Shown: one piece after another, positions 38,278-48,367 of the stretch
Numbering within the stretch: the first letter of the stretch is position 1
Layout: every line of letters begins with the position of its first letter
Source: an uncultured Clostridia bacterium
Lineage (GTDB): Bacteria > Bacillota > Clostridia > Christensenellales > UBA1242
Assembly (NCBI GenBank): GCA_944372365.1
Contig: CALVYP010000002.1
Location: forward strand, 121,369 to 185,368
Length of the DNA: 64,000 nt
Direction of reading: 5' to 3'
The notes under the pieces: model-generated
The model's input: the letters and a program-made list of their open reading frames with translations, nothing else
Databases searched by the model: none
Told to the model about the DNA's origin: nothing
Made by a program: the position numbers and the translations under genes

Positions 38278-38310
38278 AAATAAGTAAAATTTGCTTTACT
38301 TATTTTTTTT
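38278..38310 (+). terminator. AT-rich hairpin plus T-run upstream of plsX
   Basis: AAATAAGTAAA-ATTTGC-TTTACTTATTT followed by a T-run. Confidence 0.45.
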
Positions 38311-38351
38311 ATTTTGTTATGCTATTTATGTTTATATTAAAGAGGTTTACT

Positions 38352-39362
38352 ATGAAAATTGTTGTAGATGCCTTTGGCGGAGATAACGCCCCAGGCGAGA
38401 TTGTTGAAGGAGTGTTGTTGGGCGCACAAAAACATGCAGATGTTGAATTTGTTTTGTGCGGTGATGAAGAAAAAATCAAGCAAGTGCTGGCAGGCAGGGG
38501 CAGCGACAAAATTTCAATTTTGCATGCGCCTGATGTAATTACAAATGATGAATCTCCAACCGAAGCAATCAGAAATAAAGAAAATTCGTCGCTTGTTAAG
38601 GCGTTTGACTTGCTTAAACAGGATGATGATGTCATCGCGCTTATTTCGGCGGGTTCAACTGGTGCAATTCTCACAGGCGCAATCATGAAAATTGGCAGAA
38701 TTAAAGGCATTTCTCGCCCAGCGCTTGCTCCAATTTTGCCTACAAAACTTCCAAACAAAGATGTGCTTTTAATCGACAGCGGTGCAAATGTGGATTGTAA
38801 GCCTATCAATCTTATGCACTTTGCGCTTATGGGCAGTGCTTATTATTCAATCTTATACGGAGAAAAATCGCCAAAAGTGGGCTTGCTTTGCAACGGCACA
38901 GAAGAGCATAAAGGCAATGAACTTACAAAACAAACTTTTCCGCTTTTAAAAAACGCTCCAATCAATTTTGTTGGCAATGTTGAGGCAAGAGAATATATGT
39001 CGGGCAACATAGATGTTATGGTTGCAGAAGGCTTTGCAGGAAATGTGCTGCTTAAAGCCAGCGAGGGTGCAGTTTTGGCAGTGCTTTCGCTTTTAAAACG
39101 CTCGATAAAAAGCCACCTATCAAGCAAAATTGGCGCGGTTTTTATGTCTAAAACTTTTAAAGAATTAAAAAGCAGAATTGATGTTTTAGGCAAACACGGC
39201 GGCTCTCCATTTTTGGGCTGTAAAAAACTTGTTATGAAAAATCACGGCACGTCAAACCGCAACAACATCGCCTCTTCAATCGACCAGGCAATTTTGCTTG
39301 ATAAAAACAAGTTGATACAAAAAATCGAGCATGCGTTGGAGGTGAGCGGTGACAATGCTTGA
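38352..39362 (+). CDS. plsX: phosphate acyltransferase PlsX
   Basis: MKIVVDAFGGDNAP N-terminus. SD AAGAGG. ATG 38352 is preferred over ORF-track 38319. Confidence 0.95.
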   Translation: MKIVVDAFGGDNAPGEIVEGVLLGAQKHADVEFVLCGDEEKIKQVLAGRGSDKISILHAPDVITNDESPTEAIRNKENSSLVKAFDLLKQDDDVIALISAGSTGAILTGAIMKIGRIKGISRPALAPILPTKLPNKDVLLIDSGANVDCKPINLMHFALMGSAYYSILYGEKSPKVGLLCNGTEEHKGNELTKQTFPLLKNAPINFVGNVEAREYMSGNIDVMVAEGFAGNVLLKASEGAVLAVLSLLKRSIKSHLSSKIGAVFMSKTFKELKSRIDVLGKHGGSPFLGCKKLVMKNHGTSNRNNIASSIDQAILLDKNKLIQKIEHALEVSGDNA

Positions 39363-39981
39363 ACAAAAACTTGGGGTTGAGTTTAAAAACACTGGCTTGC
39401 TTAAAAGAGCGGTTACTCATGCCTCAAAATCTGCAAACAACTATGAGAGATTAGAGTTTTTAGGCGACAGCATTCTAGATTTTCTGGTGGGCGACTTCTT
39501 GTTTAAAAACAGCGATAAAGACGAGGGATTTTTAACCGTCATGCGCAGTCATTTTGTTTCAGAAGCCTATCTTTGCACAGTGTTTGACAAACTTGATTTG
39601 GACGCAGAGATAATCAAAGGTAAAAGCATGGGTTCAAACCTGCCAAAAGCAGTCAAGGCCGACATTGTTGAAGCGATTATCGCAGCAATTTATCTCGATA
39701 GCTCTCTTGACGAGGCAAAGAGATTTATCGAGAGAAATTTTGATCTTAAAAATTTTAATCAAGTAAAAAACACAAACTATAAGAGCAAGCTTCAAGAGCT
39801 TGTGCAGGCGGGATTTAAATGTGCTATGAAATATGAAACCTACAAAACCGAAAATGGTTTTAAATCAAGTTTTTATATGGATGAAGATTTAATTTCCACA
39901 GGTGAAGGTTGCGACAAAACTTCAGCCGAACAAGACTGCGCTAAAAAAGCGATATCAATTTTATTTAAAGAAGAAATTTAA
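39355..39981 (+). CDS. rnc: ribonuclease III
   Basis: ERLEFLGDSILDF signature and a C-terminal dsRBD. Start is ATG 39355 (SD GGAGGTGA) or GTG 39349. Overlaps the plsX end. Confidence 0.9.
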   Translation: MLEQKLGVEFKNTGLLKRAVTHASKSANNYERLEFLGDSILDFLVGDFLFKNSDKDEGFLTVMRSHFVSEAYLCTVFDKLDLDAEIIKGKSMGSNLPKAVKADIVEAIIAAIYLDSSLDEAKRFIERNFDLKNFNQVKNTNYKSKLQELVQAGFKCAMKYETYKTENGFKSSFYMDEDLISTGEGCDKTSAEQDCAKKAISILFKEEI

Positions 39982-39993
39982 AAAGGAACAACC

Positions 39994-42900
39994 ATGATTT
40001 TAACAAAAATTGAAATGGCAGGGTTTAAATCCTTTGCCGATAAAACTGTGATTGATTTCAGTGATGGCTTTACTGCCATTGTCGGGCCAAACGGTTGCGG
40101 CAAAAGTAATGTTGCCGACGCAATCCGTTGGGTGCTTGGCGAACAGAGAGTTAAAGATCTTCGTGCCGACAGCATGCAGGATGTCATTTTTAACGGCACT
40201 GAAAAGCGCAAAAGCCTTTCATACTGCGAAGTGTCGCTGCACTTTGACAATTCAACGCGCTATTTCGACTTTGACTATGACGAACTTATCATCACCAGAA
40301 AACTTTATCGTTCGGGCGAGAGCGAATATTTAATCAACCGCAATACCTGCCTTTTAAGAGACATCAACAACTTGCTGTATAACTCTGGTTTAGGCAAAAG
40401 CGGCTATTCCATCATCGGGCAGGGAAAAGTAACCGAAATTGTTGAAAGCAAGCCAGAAAGCAGGCGCGCTATGTTTGAAGATGCAGCGGGCATCGCCAAA
40501 TACAAAAAAGAAAAAACCGATGCCGAGCGCAAGTTGGAGCAGGCTAGGCAAAACCTTGATAGAGTTGGCGACATAATCGCCGAAATTGAAAGGCAGATGG
40601 GGCCACTTAAAAAGCAAGCTGAAAACGCTAAAAAATATTTGGATTATAAGGCTCAGCTTAAAGATTTGGAAGTGAATGCCTACATCTATCAATTTGAAAA
40701 CGCAAACGATTTTAAGGATAAAATTCGTGAAAAGTTGGCTGCCATTGGCGAAGAACTTGCGCTTAGAGACAGCGAGCTTAAAAAAGCAAGCGACAGCTAT
40801 GATGCGGCAATGGATAGGCTTGCAAATTTTGATAAAACGCTCTCTCAAATCAACGCCGACATTTTGCAATTAACCGTAAGTTTAGAAAAGCAAGAAGGCG
40901 AAACAAAGGTTGCGCGTGAGCGAATTTTGTTTACTCAAAAAGAAAACGACAGGCTTAATCTTGATGCCACAAACGCTCAAAAAGTGCTTGAAGCAGCCAC
41001 CGCTCAGCGTGAAAATAAAGCGCTTGATTTGCAAAGTTTGCAAGATAGGCTTACTGCGCTGGAAGCGAGTTTTGAAGAGCTTTCTCAAAACTATACAAAC
41101 GCCGCAAAGCAGCTTGAAATCACCGAAATTGAAGCGGGGCAATCACAAAAGCAATTTATTCAAACTCTTGGCTCTCTTGCAGATGTTAAAAGCGCAGTAT
41201 CAAAGCTTTCTGCACAAAAAGCGCTGCTTTCTTCCAGCCTTGAAAGCTTAAAACAGCAGTGTCAAGATCAGCGAGCAAAAACTCAGGAGCTTGAAAACAG
41301 CATCGCTCTTTTGCAGGCGGATATCTCTGCAAAACAAGGCAAGGCTTCTATGCTTGAAGAAGATCGCAGCAGTCTTGCAGGCAAGGTTAGCATTTTGCAG
41401 CGCAAATTGCAGGATTTTGAAGGCGAAAAGCAAAACAAAGTCACCGAGCTTAAAGTTTATGAAAACCGTCTTAAACTTCTAACCGAAATGCAAGCCGAGT
41501 TTGAAGGATATAACTATGCAGTTAAAAAACTGCTTAAACTTGCAACTCAAAATGCAGGGCTTTCAAAAAATATTGTCGGCGTTGTGGCGTCGCTTATCAA
41601 AGTGCCAGAAAAACTTGAAACCGCAATCGAAGTTGCGCTTGGTTCTGCTGTGCAAAACATTGTTACATATGATGAAAACGGCGCAAAACAGCTTATTGAA
41701 TTTTTAAAAACCAACAATTTTGGCAGGGCTACATTTTTGCCAATTTCTTCAATCAAAAGACGCAGCATAGATGTAAGCAAAATTAAATCAGAGCGCGGAT
41801 TTGTTGGCGTTGCAAGCGAGCTTATAACTTTTGATAAAAAAATCGACAATGTCGTCTCGGGCTTGCTTGGCGGAACTGTGATTGTTGAAAGGCTTATTGA
41901 CGCCATTGAAATTTCTAAAAAAACAGGCTATGCCTTCAAAATGGTGTCGCTTGATGGCGATGTAATCAATCCGCAAGGTTCTATCACTGGCGGAAGCAGG
42001 AAAAGCGAAGCTGTTGGAATCATGAGCCGTGAGCGCGAAATTGAAACACTTAAAAAGCAGATTGAACAACTTTCTTCTTTCTTAAAAACCGCCGAATCAC
42101 AAAAGAAGCTGCTGGAAGAAGAATACAAGTTGCAGCGTGATAAATTTGATTCAACCTCAACCGCTCTTTCAAATTTAAGCATAGAGCTTTCAACGCTTAA
42201 AACCAAGTTTGAAGCACAAAAGCAGGCTTTGCAAGACGAGCAGCAAGATTTGGATGCTTTAACACAACAAAAGCAATCGGTTGAAAACAACTTAGGCGTT
42301 ATATCAGCCGAGTTTGAAAAATCATCGCGCTTGCAAAGTGCGTTAAGCGGCAATGAAACAGACGCCAATGCTGTTATGGAAGAGCGTAAAGCGCTTAGTG
42401 ACAATTTAAGAAAGCAGCGTGAGCAGATAAGTGCAAATCTCACTGCCGTTAAGGTTGAAATTGCGTCAACCAAAGCCAACATTTCTTCTGTTAAGGCAGA
42501 GCTGTTAAGGCTTGAAAATGAAATTGGCGCACAAAACGAAAACCTACACTTGATCGATCAACACATCAAAGATAACCAAGCATTCATTCAAAGCGCTGAA
42601 GAGATGATCAAGCAAAAATTGCAAGCTGCACCAACAAGTGAAGCAAAACTTAAATTGCAAGCACTCACTCAAAAACAAAAACAAACCGAAGACGAAAAAC
42701 TTTCAATCTCGGTTGAAATTAGAAACCTTGACGCTCAAAAAACTTCGCTTATGGAGCAGATCAGCGCTGTAAACGACAAAAAGTTTAGAGAAGAGATGAA
42801 TCTTTCTAAAATCGACACTGATATTGAAACTATGCAAGAGCGCATCTATGAAGAATATTCGCTGGCATACAGCGATTGTTTGGATATGCGTCGTCCTGAT

Positions 42901-43590
42901 TTCGACATCAAGGTTGCAATGCCTGAAATTGCCAAAATCAAGCGTGCGATCAACGCTCTTGGCCCGATAAACGTGAATGCGATTGAAGATTGCTCGGCGC
43001 TGCTTGATAGATACAACACTCTTTCATCGCAGTCGGATGACCTTAAAAAGGCAGAAGAAGATTTAACCAAAATCATCAAAGATCTCTCATCCATCATGAT
43101 TGAAAAATTTACAAGTGAGCTTGATAAAATCAACGAAAGCTTTAAAATCACTTTCCGCGAGCTTTTTGGCGGCGGAAACGCTAAATTAGAGCTTACTGAT
43201 CCAGAAAATCCGCTTGAAAGTGGTGTGGAAATTTTTGTTCAACCACCGGGAAAGAAGATTCAAAACATGTCGCTTTATTCTGGTGGAGAAAAATCGCTTA
43301 CGGCTATGGCGCTTATCTTTGCAATCTTGCGCATCAAACCGCTTCCATTCTGCTTGTTTGACGAAGTTGAAGCCGCTCTTGACGATTCAAACGTTGAGAT
43401 TGTGGATAAATATCTTAAAAAACTTTCGTCAACCACGCAGTTTATTCTCATTACGCACAAAAAGCCAACAATGGAGTATGCTGAATCACTTTTCGGCGTG
43501 ACGATGGAAGAAAAAGGCGTTTCAAAGATTGTTTCGGTTAAACTTTCGGATGCAATCAGGCAAGCAGAGGTGGAAAATGGGGCTGTTTAA
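39994..43590 (+). CDS. smc: chromosome segregation protein SMC
   Basis: 1198 aa. Walker A GPNGCGKSN, long coiled coils, hinge, signature YSGGEKSLTA, and Walker B CLFDEVEAALD. Confidence 0.97.
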   Translation: MILTKIEMAGFKSFADKTVIDFSDGFTAIVGPNGCGKSNVADAIRWVLGEQRVKDLRADSMQDVIFNGTEKRKSLSYCEVSLHFDNSTRYFDFDYDELIITRKLYRSGESEYLINRNTCLLRDINNLLYNSGLGKSGYSIIGQGKVTEIVESKPESRRAMFEDAAGIAKYKKEKTDAERKLEQARQNLDRVGDIIAEIERQMGPLKKQAENAKKYLDYKAQLKDLEVNAYIYQFENANDFKDKIREKLAAIGEELALRDSELKKASDSYDAAMDRLANFDKTLSQINADILQLTVSLEKQEGETKVARERILFTQKENDRLNLDATNAQKVLEAATAQRENKALDLQSLQDRLTALEASFEELSQNYTNAAKQLEITEIEAGQSQKQFIQTLGSLADVKSAVSKLSAQKALLSSSLESLKQQCQDQRAKTQELENSIALLQADISAKQGKASMLEEDRSSLAGKVSILQRKLQDFEGEKQNKVTELKVYENRLKLLTEMQAEFEGYNYAVKKLLKLATQNAGLSKNIVGVVASLIKVPEKLETAIEVALGSAVQNIVTYDENGAKQLIEFLKTNNFGRATFLPISSIKRRSIDVSKIKSERGFVGVASELITFDKKIDNVVSGLLGGTVIVERLIDAIEISKKTGYAFKMVSLDGDVINPQGSITGGSRKSEAVGIMSREREIETLKKQIEQLSSFLKTAESQKKLLEEEYKLQRDKFDSTSTALSNLSIELSTLKTKFEAQKQALQDEQQDLDALTQQKQSVENNLGVISAEFEKSSRLQSALSGNETDANAVMEERKALSDNLRKQREQISANLTAVKVEIASTKANISSVKAELLRLENEIGAQNENLHLIDQHIKDNQAFIQSAEEMIKQKLQAAPTSEAKLKLQALTQKQKQTEDEKLSISVEIRNLDAQKTSLMEQISAVNDKKFREEMNLSKIDTDIETMQERIYEEYSLAYSDCLDMRRPDFDIKVAMPEIAKIKRAINALGPINVNAIEDCSALLDRYNTLSSQSDDLKKAEEDLTKIIKDLSSIMIEKFTSELDKINESFKITFRELFGGGNAKLELTDPENPLESGVEIFVQPPGKKIQNMSLYSGGEKSLTAMALIFAILRIKPLPFCLFDEVEAALDDSNVEIVDKYLKKLSSTTQFILITHKKPTMEYAESLFGVTMEEKGVSKIVSVKLSDAIRQAEVENGAV

Positions 43591-44473
43591 AAAATTTGCT
43601 AACGCGCTTAAAAAAACTAGGGAAGCGTTTGCAAGAAAATTTGATGCAATTTTAAGCCACGGTCAGCTTGATGACGATTTTTATGATGAACTCACTGACA
43701 TTTTAATCTCATGCGACATCGGCGTTAAAACCTCAATGGAAATTGTCGATGAGCTCAGGCTTTACGCGCGCAAAAACAAAATTCGCACCAGCGATGAAGT
43801 TAAAAGCGCGCTTAAAAGCATTTTGACAACTCAACTTGAAAACGCGCCTAAAATTGAGTTTTCATATCCGCTTATCATAACCATAATCGGCGTCAATGGT
43901 GTTGGCAAAACCACAACCATAGGCAAGCTTGCTAAATATTTTGACAACCTTAAAAAGTCAGTCACGCTTGTTGCGGGAGACACATTCAGGGCTGCGGCAA
44001 GCGAGCAACTTTCGCTTTGGGCGCAACGCTCTAAAACTCGCATAATCAAGCACGCCGAAGGTGCAGATGCTGCGGCGGTTGTCTATGACGGCATCGCGTC
44101 TGCAAAAGCCAAAGGCACAGATGTGCTTATCGTGGATACGGCGGGCAGGCTTCATACAAAATCCAACCTAATGGAAGAGCTGAAGAAGATAAACAAGGTT
44201 ATCGACAGAGAATATCCTGAGGCGCAAAAGCTTTCACTGATTGTGCTGGATGCCACAACAGGGCAGAACGCGCTAAATCAAATTTCGGCTTTCAACGAGT
44301 ATGTGCCAATAGACGGAATTGTGCTCACCAAACTTGATGGCACTGCCAAAGGCGGGGTAGCCATCGCCATTGAAAAAGATTTAGCAAAGCCAGTTGTTTT
44401 TGTTGGAACTGGCGAGAGCATCGACGATATCGATGTGTTTGATGCAAAAAGTTTTGTTGACGAATTATTTTAA
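43577..44473 (+). CDS. ftsY: signal recognition particle receptor FtsY
   Basis: GVNGVGKTTTIGKLA, DTAGRL, TKLDGTAKGG. ATG 43577 with SD GAGGTGG is preferred over ORF-track 43529. Confidence 0.95.
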   Translation: MGLFKKFANALKKTREAFARKFDAILSHGQLDDDFYDELTDILISCDIGVKTSMEIVDELRLYARKNKIRTSDEVKSALKSILTTQLENAPKIEFSYPLIITIIGVNGVGKTTTIGKLAKYFDNLKKSVTLVAGDTFRAAASEQLSLWAQRSKTRIIKHAEGADAAAVVYDGIASAKAKGTDVLIVDTAGRLHTKSNLMEELKKINKVIDREYPEAQKLSLIVLDATTGQNALNQISAFNEYVPIDGIVLTKLDGTAKGGVAIAIEKDLAKPVVFVGTGESIDDIDVFDAKSFVDELF

Positions 44474-44541
44474 TTAAAACATGTGGCCAAGCAAAAAACG
44501 GTAAATTTCGACATATATATTTGCTTAAAGGGAGAAATATT

Positions 44542-45252
44542 GTGTTTGAAAGTTTGCCGCTTTTTTTAAGCAAATTAAGGTGTTTTACAGCGTTTGTCAA
44601 CAACGCAGAAGGCTTTCCTAAACCGCTTACAAAAGAACAGGAGCATGCGCTGCTTGTTGCCTATCATGAAAAAGGTGATATGCATGCGCGAAGCGAGCTA
44701 ATAAACCACAATTTAAGGCTGGTTTCGCACATAGTAAAAAAATATGCAGGCTCGGTTAGCATAGAAGTTGACGACCTTATCTCTGTTGGTGCGATTGGGC
44801 TTATCAAAGCCATCGACAGCTTTAAATATGAAAAGGGCGCAGCGCTTGCAACCTATGCGTCAAAGTGTATAGACAACGAAATTTTAATGCTTATCAGAAT
44901 CAACAAAAAGCACAAGGATATCATTTCACTTTCAAGCAAATTTGCAAGCGATAAAGACGGCAACGAAGTGCTTTTGATGGATATATTAGAAAGCGACGAA
45001 GATGAAGTTGAAAATGCGGTTTCTTCAAGTTTTTTAATTGAAAAAATCAATCAAAGCATAGATAAGCATCTTTCGCCGCGCGAAAAGCAAATTTTGACAA
45101 AAAGATATGGTTTGAATGGCGAGCGCGTTTACACTCAAAAACAGCTTGCCCAGCAACTTGGCATATCTCGAAGCTATGTTTCACGCATAGAAGCCAAAGC
45201 GCTTGACTTAATTAAAGACGATCTTGCAAAAAATTATTATGATAAATCATAA
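44542..45252 (+). CDS. sigK: sporulation sigma factor, SigK-like, with pro-sequence
   Basis: ..FVNNAEGFPKPLTKEQE..GDMHARSELINHNLRLVSHIVKKY.. parallels B. subtilis pro-sigma-K ([34 protein letters not shown]). GTG 44542 follows SD AAAGGGAGA. SigE cannot be fully excluded. Confidence 0.7.
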   Translation: MFESLPLFLSKLRCFTAFVNNAEGFPKPLTKEQEHALLVAYHEKGDMHARSELINHNLRLVSHIVKKYAGSVSIEVDDLISVGAIGLIKAIDSFKYEKGAALATYASKCIDNEILMLIRINKKHKDIISLSSKFASDKDGNEVLLMDILESDEDEVENAVSSSFLIEKINQSIDKHLSPREKQILTKRYGLNGERVYTQKQLAQQLGISRSYVSRIEAKALDLIKDDLAKNYYDKS

Positions 45253-45316
45253 AAAAGCGCTTGCAATATAAAAAAAATTATTGTATTCTAAAAAAAACAG
45301 TGCTTTGAGGTGGATT

Positions 45317-46678
45317 ATGGAGAAGGAGAAGTTTTATTTTATTGTAAACAGACTTATTCTTCCTCTTTTCACCGGTTCATATTTGCTGGGTGAAGAAGAA
45401 TCAAGCGCGCGTGAAGCCGAAGTTGCGCTTGGCAAACAAAATTCTTTGCTTATCAAACCCAATAAAACCGCTGATTATAGGCTTATTTTAAAGCGTGGCA
45501 GGGCGTTTCAGCCATTTGAAATAAACCTGCTTAAAAATATTATAAAAGAGATAAATGACATCACCGAAGTGCCGCTTTTAGACCCAACCTATGAGATGAC
45601 GCTGCTTGATAAGGCGATTGAAAAGGCGGTTTGCGACAGCGTGGCGCTTTCAGCATCTTCAACCATGCTTGGGCTTGTTACTGCGCTCAATCAGTGGAGC
45701 GAACGCACATACGAAGGCAAAAAAATCAATTTTGGAATAATTTTAAATTTAAACGACAGCGTTGAAGAGTTGCCGCTGCATTTCACCAACATGCTTTCAA
45801 GCGACTTTTTTGCGCTGCTTTCAGACGGCAAAAATTCTTTTATTGAGTTCAACCGTGATGGTTTTTTGATGGGCTATGTTTCGCTTGCCAAGGTGAGAAA
45901 TTATGCTTTCACTGCGCCAAACGAGTTTGGCTTTGTTGCAAGATATTGCGGCGAAAAGAAAGTGGGAATTGCGCTCACAGAAAATGGTGATATGCTTATT
46001 TTCAAAAACCGCACCTTGATGTTTGCAAAGCGCCGTGGCAAGTGGAATATTTACAGCCATGAAGAAGTGATTCAGCTTTTGTCATATCGAACCGAGCATT
46101 CTCTTAAAGAGATCAGACGCGCAATCTATCTTTCTGCAATCGACTGCTCGTTTAGGTATACTGGTGGAATTATTGTTTATCTTAAAAAGGATATGGCTCA
46201 AAGTGCGCTGTCGCATGTTGATGCGCGTGATATTTTAACCGAAAAACACTATGAAATGAAAAAAGCGTTGGAGCTTGAAGAAAGCGAAAAGCTTTACAAT
46301 CTTTCATCAGCTGAAAAAACGCGCGAGTTTTATTCGCATAGTTATACTGAATTTCTGTCAATAAACAAATGCTATAAAGCCGAATGCTTAAAGCAGATTA
46401 TCGAAAACAAAAAGTTTCATGAGCTTAACAGGAAGCTTCGCGAAGAGATTATCGCAATGGATGGAGCAACAATCATCGATTTTGACGGCACAATTATTGC
46501 GGCTGGCGCTATACTAAAAATTGAGGCTGGCTCAATCGGCGGCGGCGGCAGACTTGCAGCGGCAATGGATCTTGCAAAGTATGGCATTTCATTAAAAATC
46601 TCGCAAGACGGCGTTATCCAAGGCTTTACTGCGGATAAGAAGAACTCTAAAATCAGGCAGTTGTTTACGGCAAGTTGA
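45317..46678 (+). CDS. DisA_N (diadenylate cyclase, DAC)-like domain protein with a divergent catalytic motif and a large N-terminal region of unknown function
   Basis: The C-terminal MDGATIIDFDGTIIAAGAIL...GGGGRLAAAMDL..ISLKISQDGVIQGF is colinear with the DAC consensus HDGAVII..I.AA...GTRHRAA..VSEE.G.IS. ATG 45317 with SD GAGGTGG. Confidence 0.6.
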   Translation: MEKEKFYFIVNRLILPLFTGSYLLGEEESSAREAEVALGKQNSLLIKPNKTADYRLILKRGRAFQPFEINLLKNIIKEINDITEVPLLDPTYEMTLLDKAIEKAVCDSVALSASSTMLGLVTALNQWSERTYEGKKINFGIILNLNDSVEELPLHFTNMLSSDFFALLSDGKNSFIEFNRDGFLMGYVSLAKVRNYAFTAPNEFGFVARYCGEKKVGIALTENGDMLIFKNRTLMFAKRRGKWNIYSHEEVIQLLSYRTEHSLKEIRRAIYLSAIDCSFRYTGGIIVYLKKDMAQSALSHVDARDILTEKHYEMKKALELEESEKLYNLSSAEKTREFYSHSYTEFLSINKCYKAECLKQIIENKKFHELNRKLREEIIAMDGATIIDFDGTIIAAGAILKIEAGSIGGGGRLAAAMDLAKYGISLKISQDGVIQGFTADKKNSKIRQLFTAS

Positions 46679-46703
46679 CAAATTTGTGAAAAAATGATAT
46701 AAT
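46675..46703 (+). promoter_or_regulatory. sigma-A-type promoter of rnpB
   Basis: TTGACA (46675-46680, containing the upstream TGA stop), 17 nt, TGa-TATAAT (46698-46703). Confidence 0.6.
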
Positions 46704-46709
46704 ATTAAA

Positions 46710-47052
46710 GTCAGTTAAACATGTGGTCGCGTTTTGCCTGTTGTGGGCAAAATGAGGAAAGTCCGAGCATCTAAAAGACAGAGTGCCAGTTAACGGCTGG
46801 TGAGGGCGACCTTAAGGAAAGTGCAACAGAAATAAACCGCCTGAGTTTCAGGTAAGGATGGAAAGGTAGGGTAAGAGCCTACCGGAGCTGTGGTAACACG
46901 GCTTGCTCTGTAAACCCCACTCGATGCAAGGCTAAGCAAAGGCAAATGTGCGTCTTTTCACGCCTTTCAAAAACGCCGCTTGATCCTTTTGGCGACAAAA
47001 GGGCTAGATAGATGACCACATAATACAGAACTCGGCTTATAGTTTAACTGAT
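46710..47052 (+). ncRNA. rnpB: RNase P RNA (bacterial type A-like)
   Basis: P1 pairing TCAGTTAAAC (46711-46720) / GTTTAACTGA (47042-47051). P4 strands GAGGAAAGTCCG (46754-46765) and ACAGAACTCGGCTTAT (47025-47040). GGTAAGGATGGAAAGGTAGGGTAAGAGCCTACC matches the type A pattern. Confidence 0.9.
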
Positions 47053-47054
47053 TT

Positions 47055-47087
47055 AAAGCAAACTTTATGTTTGCTTTTATTTTTTTT
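47055..47087 (+). terminator. rho-independent terminator of rnpB
   Basis: AAAGCAAAC-TTTAT-GTTTGCTTT followed by a long T-run. Confidence 0.7.
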
Positions 47088-47102
47088 GTCTATCATCTAT
47101 TT

Positions 47103-48293
47103 ATGAATAAAAAAGACTATATTTTCAATATGACCTCGCTTATAATAAACCGCTTAAAGTTTCATGCGCCAATCTTGCAGGATGATTTTATTGATTTTGA
47201 AAAGATAATTTCACTTGGCGTCGATGCTACGCTGCCGGTGTTTATCTATCAAAAGCCTATGACAGTTCTTATGGCAAAGTGCTTTGGTGAAGTTAAAAAA
47301 ATCATGCCGTTTAATTTAGTGGTGCTAAGCGAAGATAAACTCACAAAAAAACTGCATGCCATTGTCACAAACAACAGCGAAGTAAAAAAACTTAATGTCA
47401 ACTATAAATCTGGTTTGCAGTTTGATTATCACAAACAATCGGATTTTATTAAAGTAAACGGCGTCACGCCAAAGAGATGTTTGAATGAATTTTTTTTGGA
47501 AAGTTTTACTCAACTTTCGTCAGTGGATTTTCTAACACGTGAGTTTGTGCTTTGTGGCAATAACTATTACTTTGAATTTTTTAATAAAAGCAATCTTCCG
47601 CAGCAAGTTAGTTTTGAAATAAACATAAATCTTGGCAGGGGATATTATTGTTTCAGAAAACTTAAAAACGCAATACAAATCACAAACCTGTTTAATCATG
47701 AAAAGCAATATTTTAACTTTATAGGAAGCGGAAATCAATTTTGTTTTTCATGCGTGGATGGCGTTGAAAACTCATGCTACGCTCGAGTGTATCTGTGCTG
47801 CAATTTAACTTTAAAACCAAAGCAAAAACAATATTTTTTCTTTAATTTTGGCAGTCAAAAATTCTGCATTTCATCCAAGCAGGACATGGATTATTTTATG
47901 CAGCTATGTAAAGCAAAAAATTATGAAAAATTTGATGTAAAAATCTTTTCTTCTTCACAGTTAAACGATAGGCTTATCAACTCTGTTTTGCCACAAAAAA
48001 TTTACAACGCTTGGCTTTGCAGAAAGCGTGATTATGAAGCCGAACGCAGGTATATAACGCTTAAATCTCAGTATGTTTTGCGCGATAAGGATGGCTATGT
48101 GCTTAACAATATTTCGCAATTAAACCAACTTAAATTATGGAATGGCAAACTTTTTAAAGATGTTTTTGTTGCAAAATCCAATTCACCTTACAACAGAATT
48201 TTGCAGGTTGGAGAAAACAAGTTTGAAGGCGAAAATGCCATTTCTTTTAAACAATTATCGCTTAAAAATTCGCCAATTTTTGTTTTTGATTAA
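47103..48293 (+). CDS. hypothetical protein (396 aa, AT-rich gene, Cys/Phe/Asn/Lys-rich)
   Basis: Long ORF. The ORF-track ATG 47067 lies inside the rnpB terminator, so ATG 47103 (or 47130) is preferred. No SD and no recognisable motif. Confidence 0.5.
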   Translation: MNKKDYIFNMTSLIINRLKFHAPILQDDFIDFEKIISLGVDATLPVFIYQKPMTVLMAKCFGEVKKIMPFNLVVLSEDKLTKKLHAIVTNNSEVKKLNVNYKSGLQFDYHKQSDFIKVNGVTPKRCLNEFFLESFTQLSSVDFLTREFVLCGNNYYFEFFNKSNLPQQVSFEININLGRGYYCFRKLKNAIQITNLFNHEKQYFNFIGSGNQFCFSCVDGVENSCYARVYLCCNLTLKPKQKQYFFFNFGSQKFCISSKQDMDYFMQLCKAKNYEKFDVKIFSSSQLNDRLINSVLPQKIYNAWLCRKRDYEAERRYITLKSQYVLRDKDGYVLNNISQLNQLKLWNGKLFKDVFVAKSNSPYNRILQVGENKFEGENAISFKQLSLKNSPIFVFD

Positions 48294-48367
48294 AAATTCG
48301 CGCTTCTCCTTTAAAATAAAGGAGAATAGCCGTTTTTTATAACTTTTTTAAAAATTACAAATTTTTG

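Noticed and set aside
44505-44521. CATATATAT upstream of sigK as a sigma-E or sigma-K type -10.
   Set aside because: The match to the sporulation-sigma -10 consensus is only partial, and I could not identify a convincing -35 partner.
47067-47102. ORF-track start ATG 47067 for the hypothetical gene.
   Set aside because: This ATG lies inside the rnpB terminator stem (47055-47087). A downstream ATG (47103) is more plausible.
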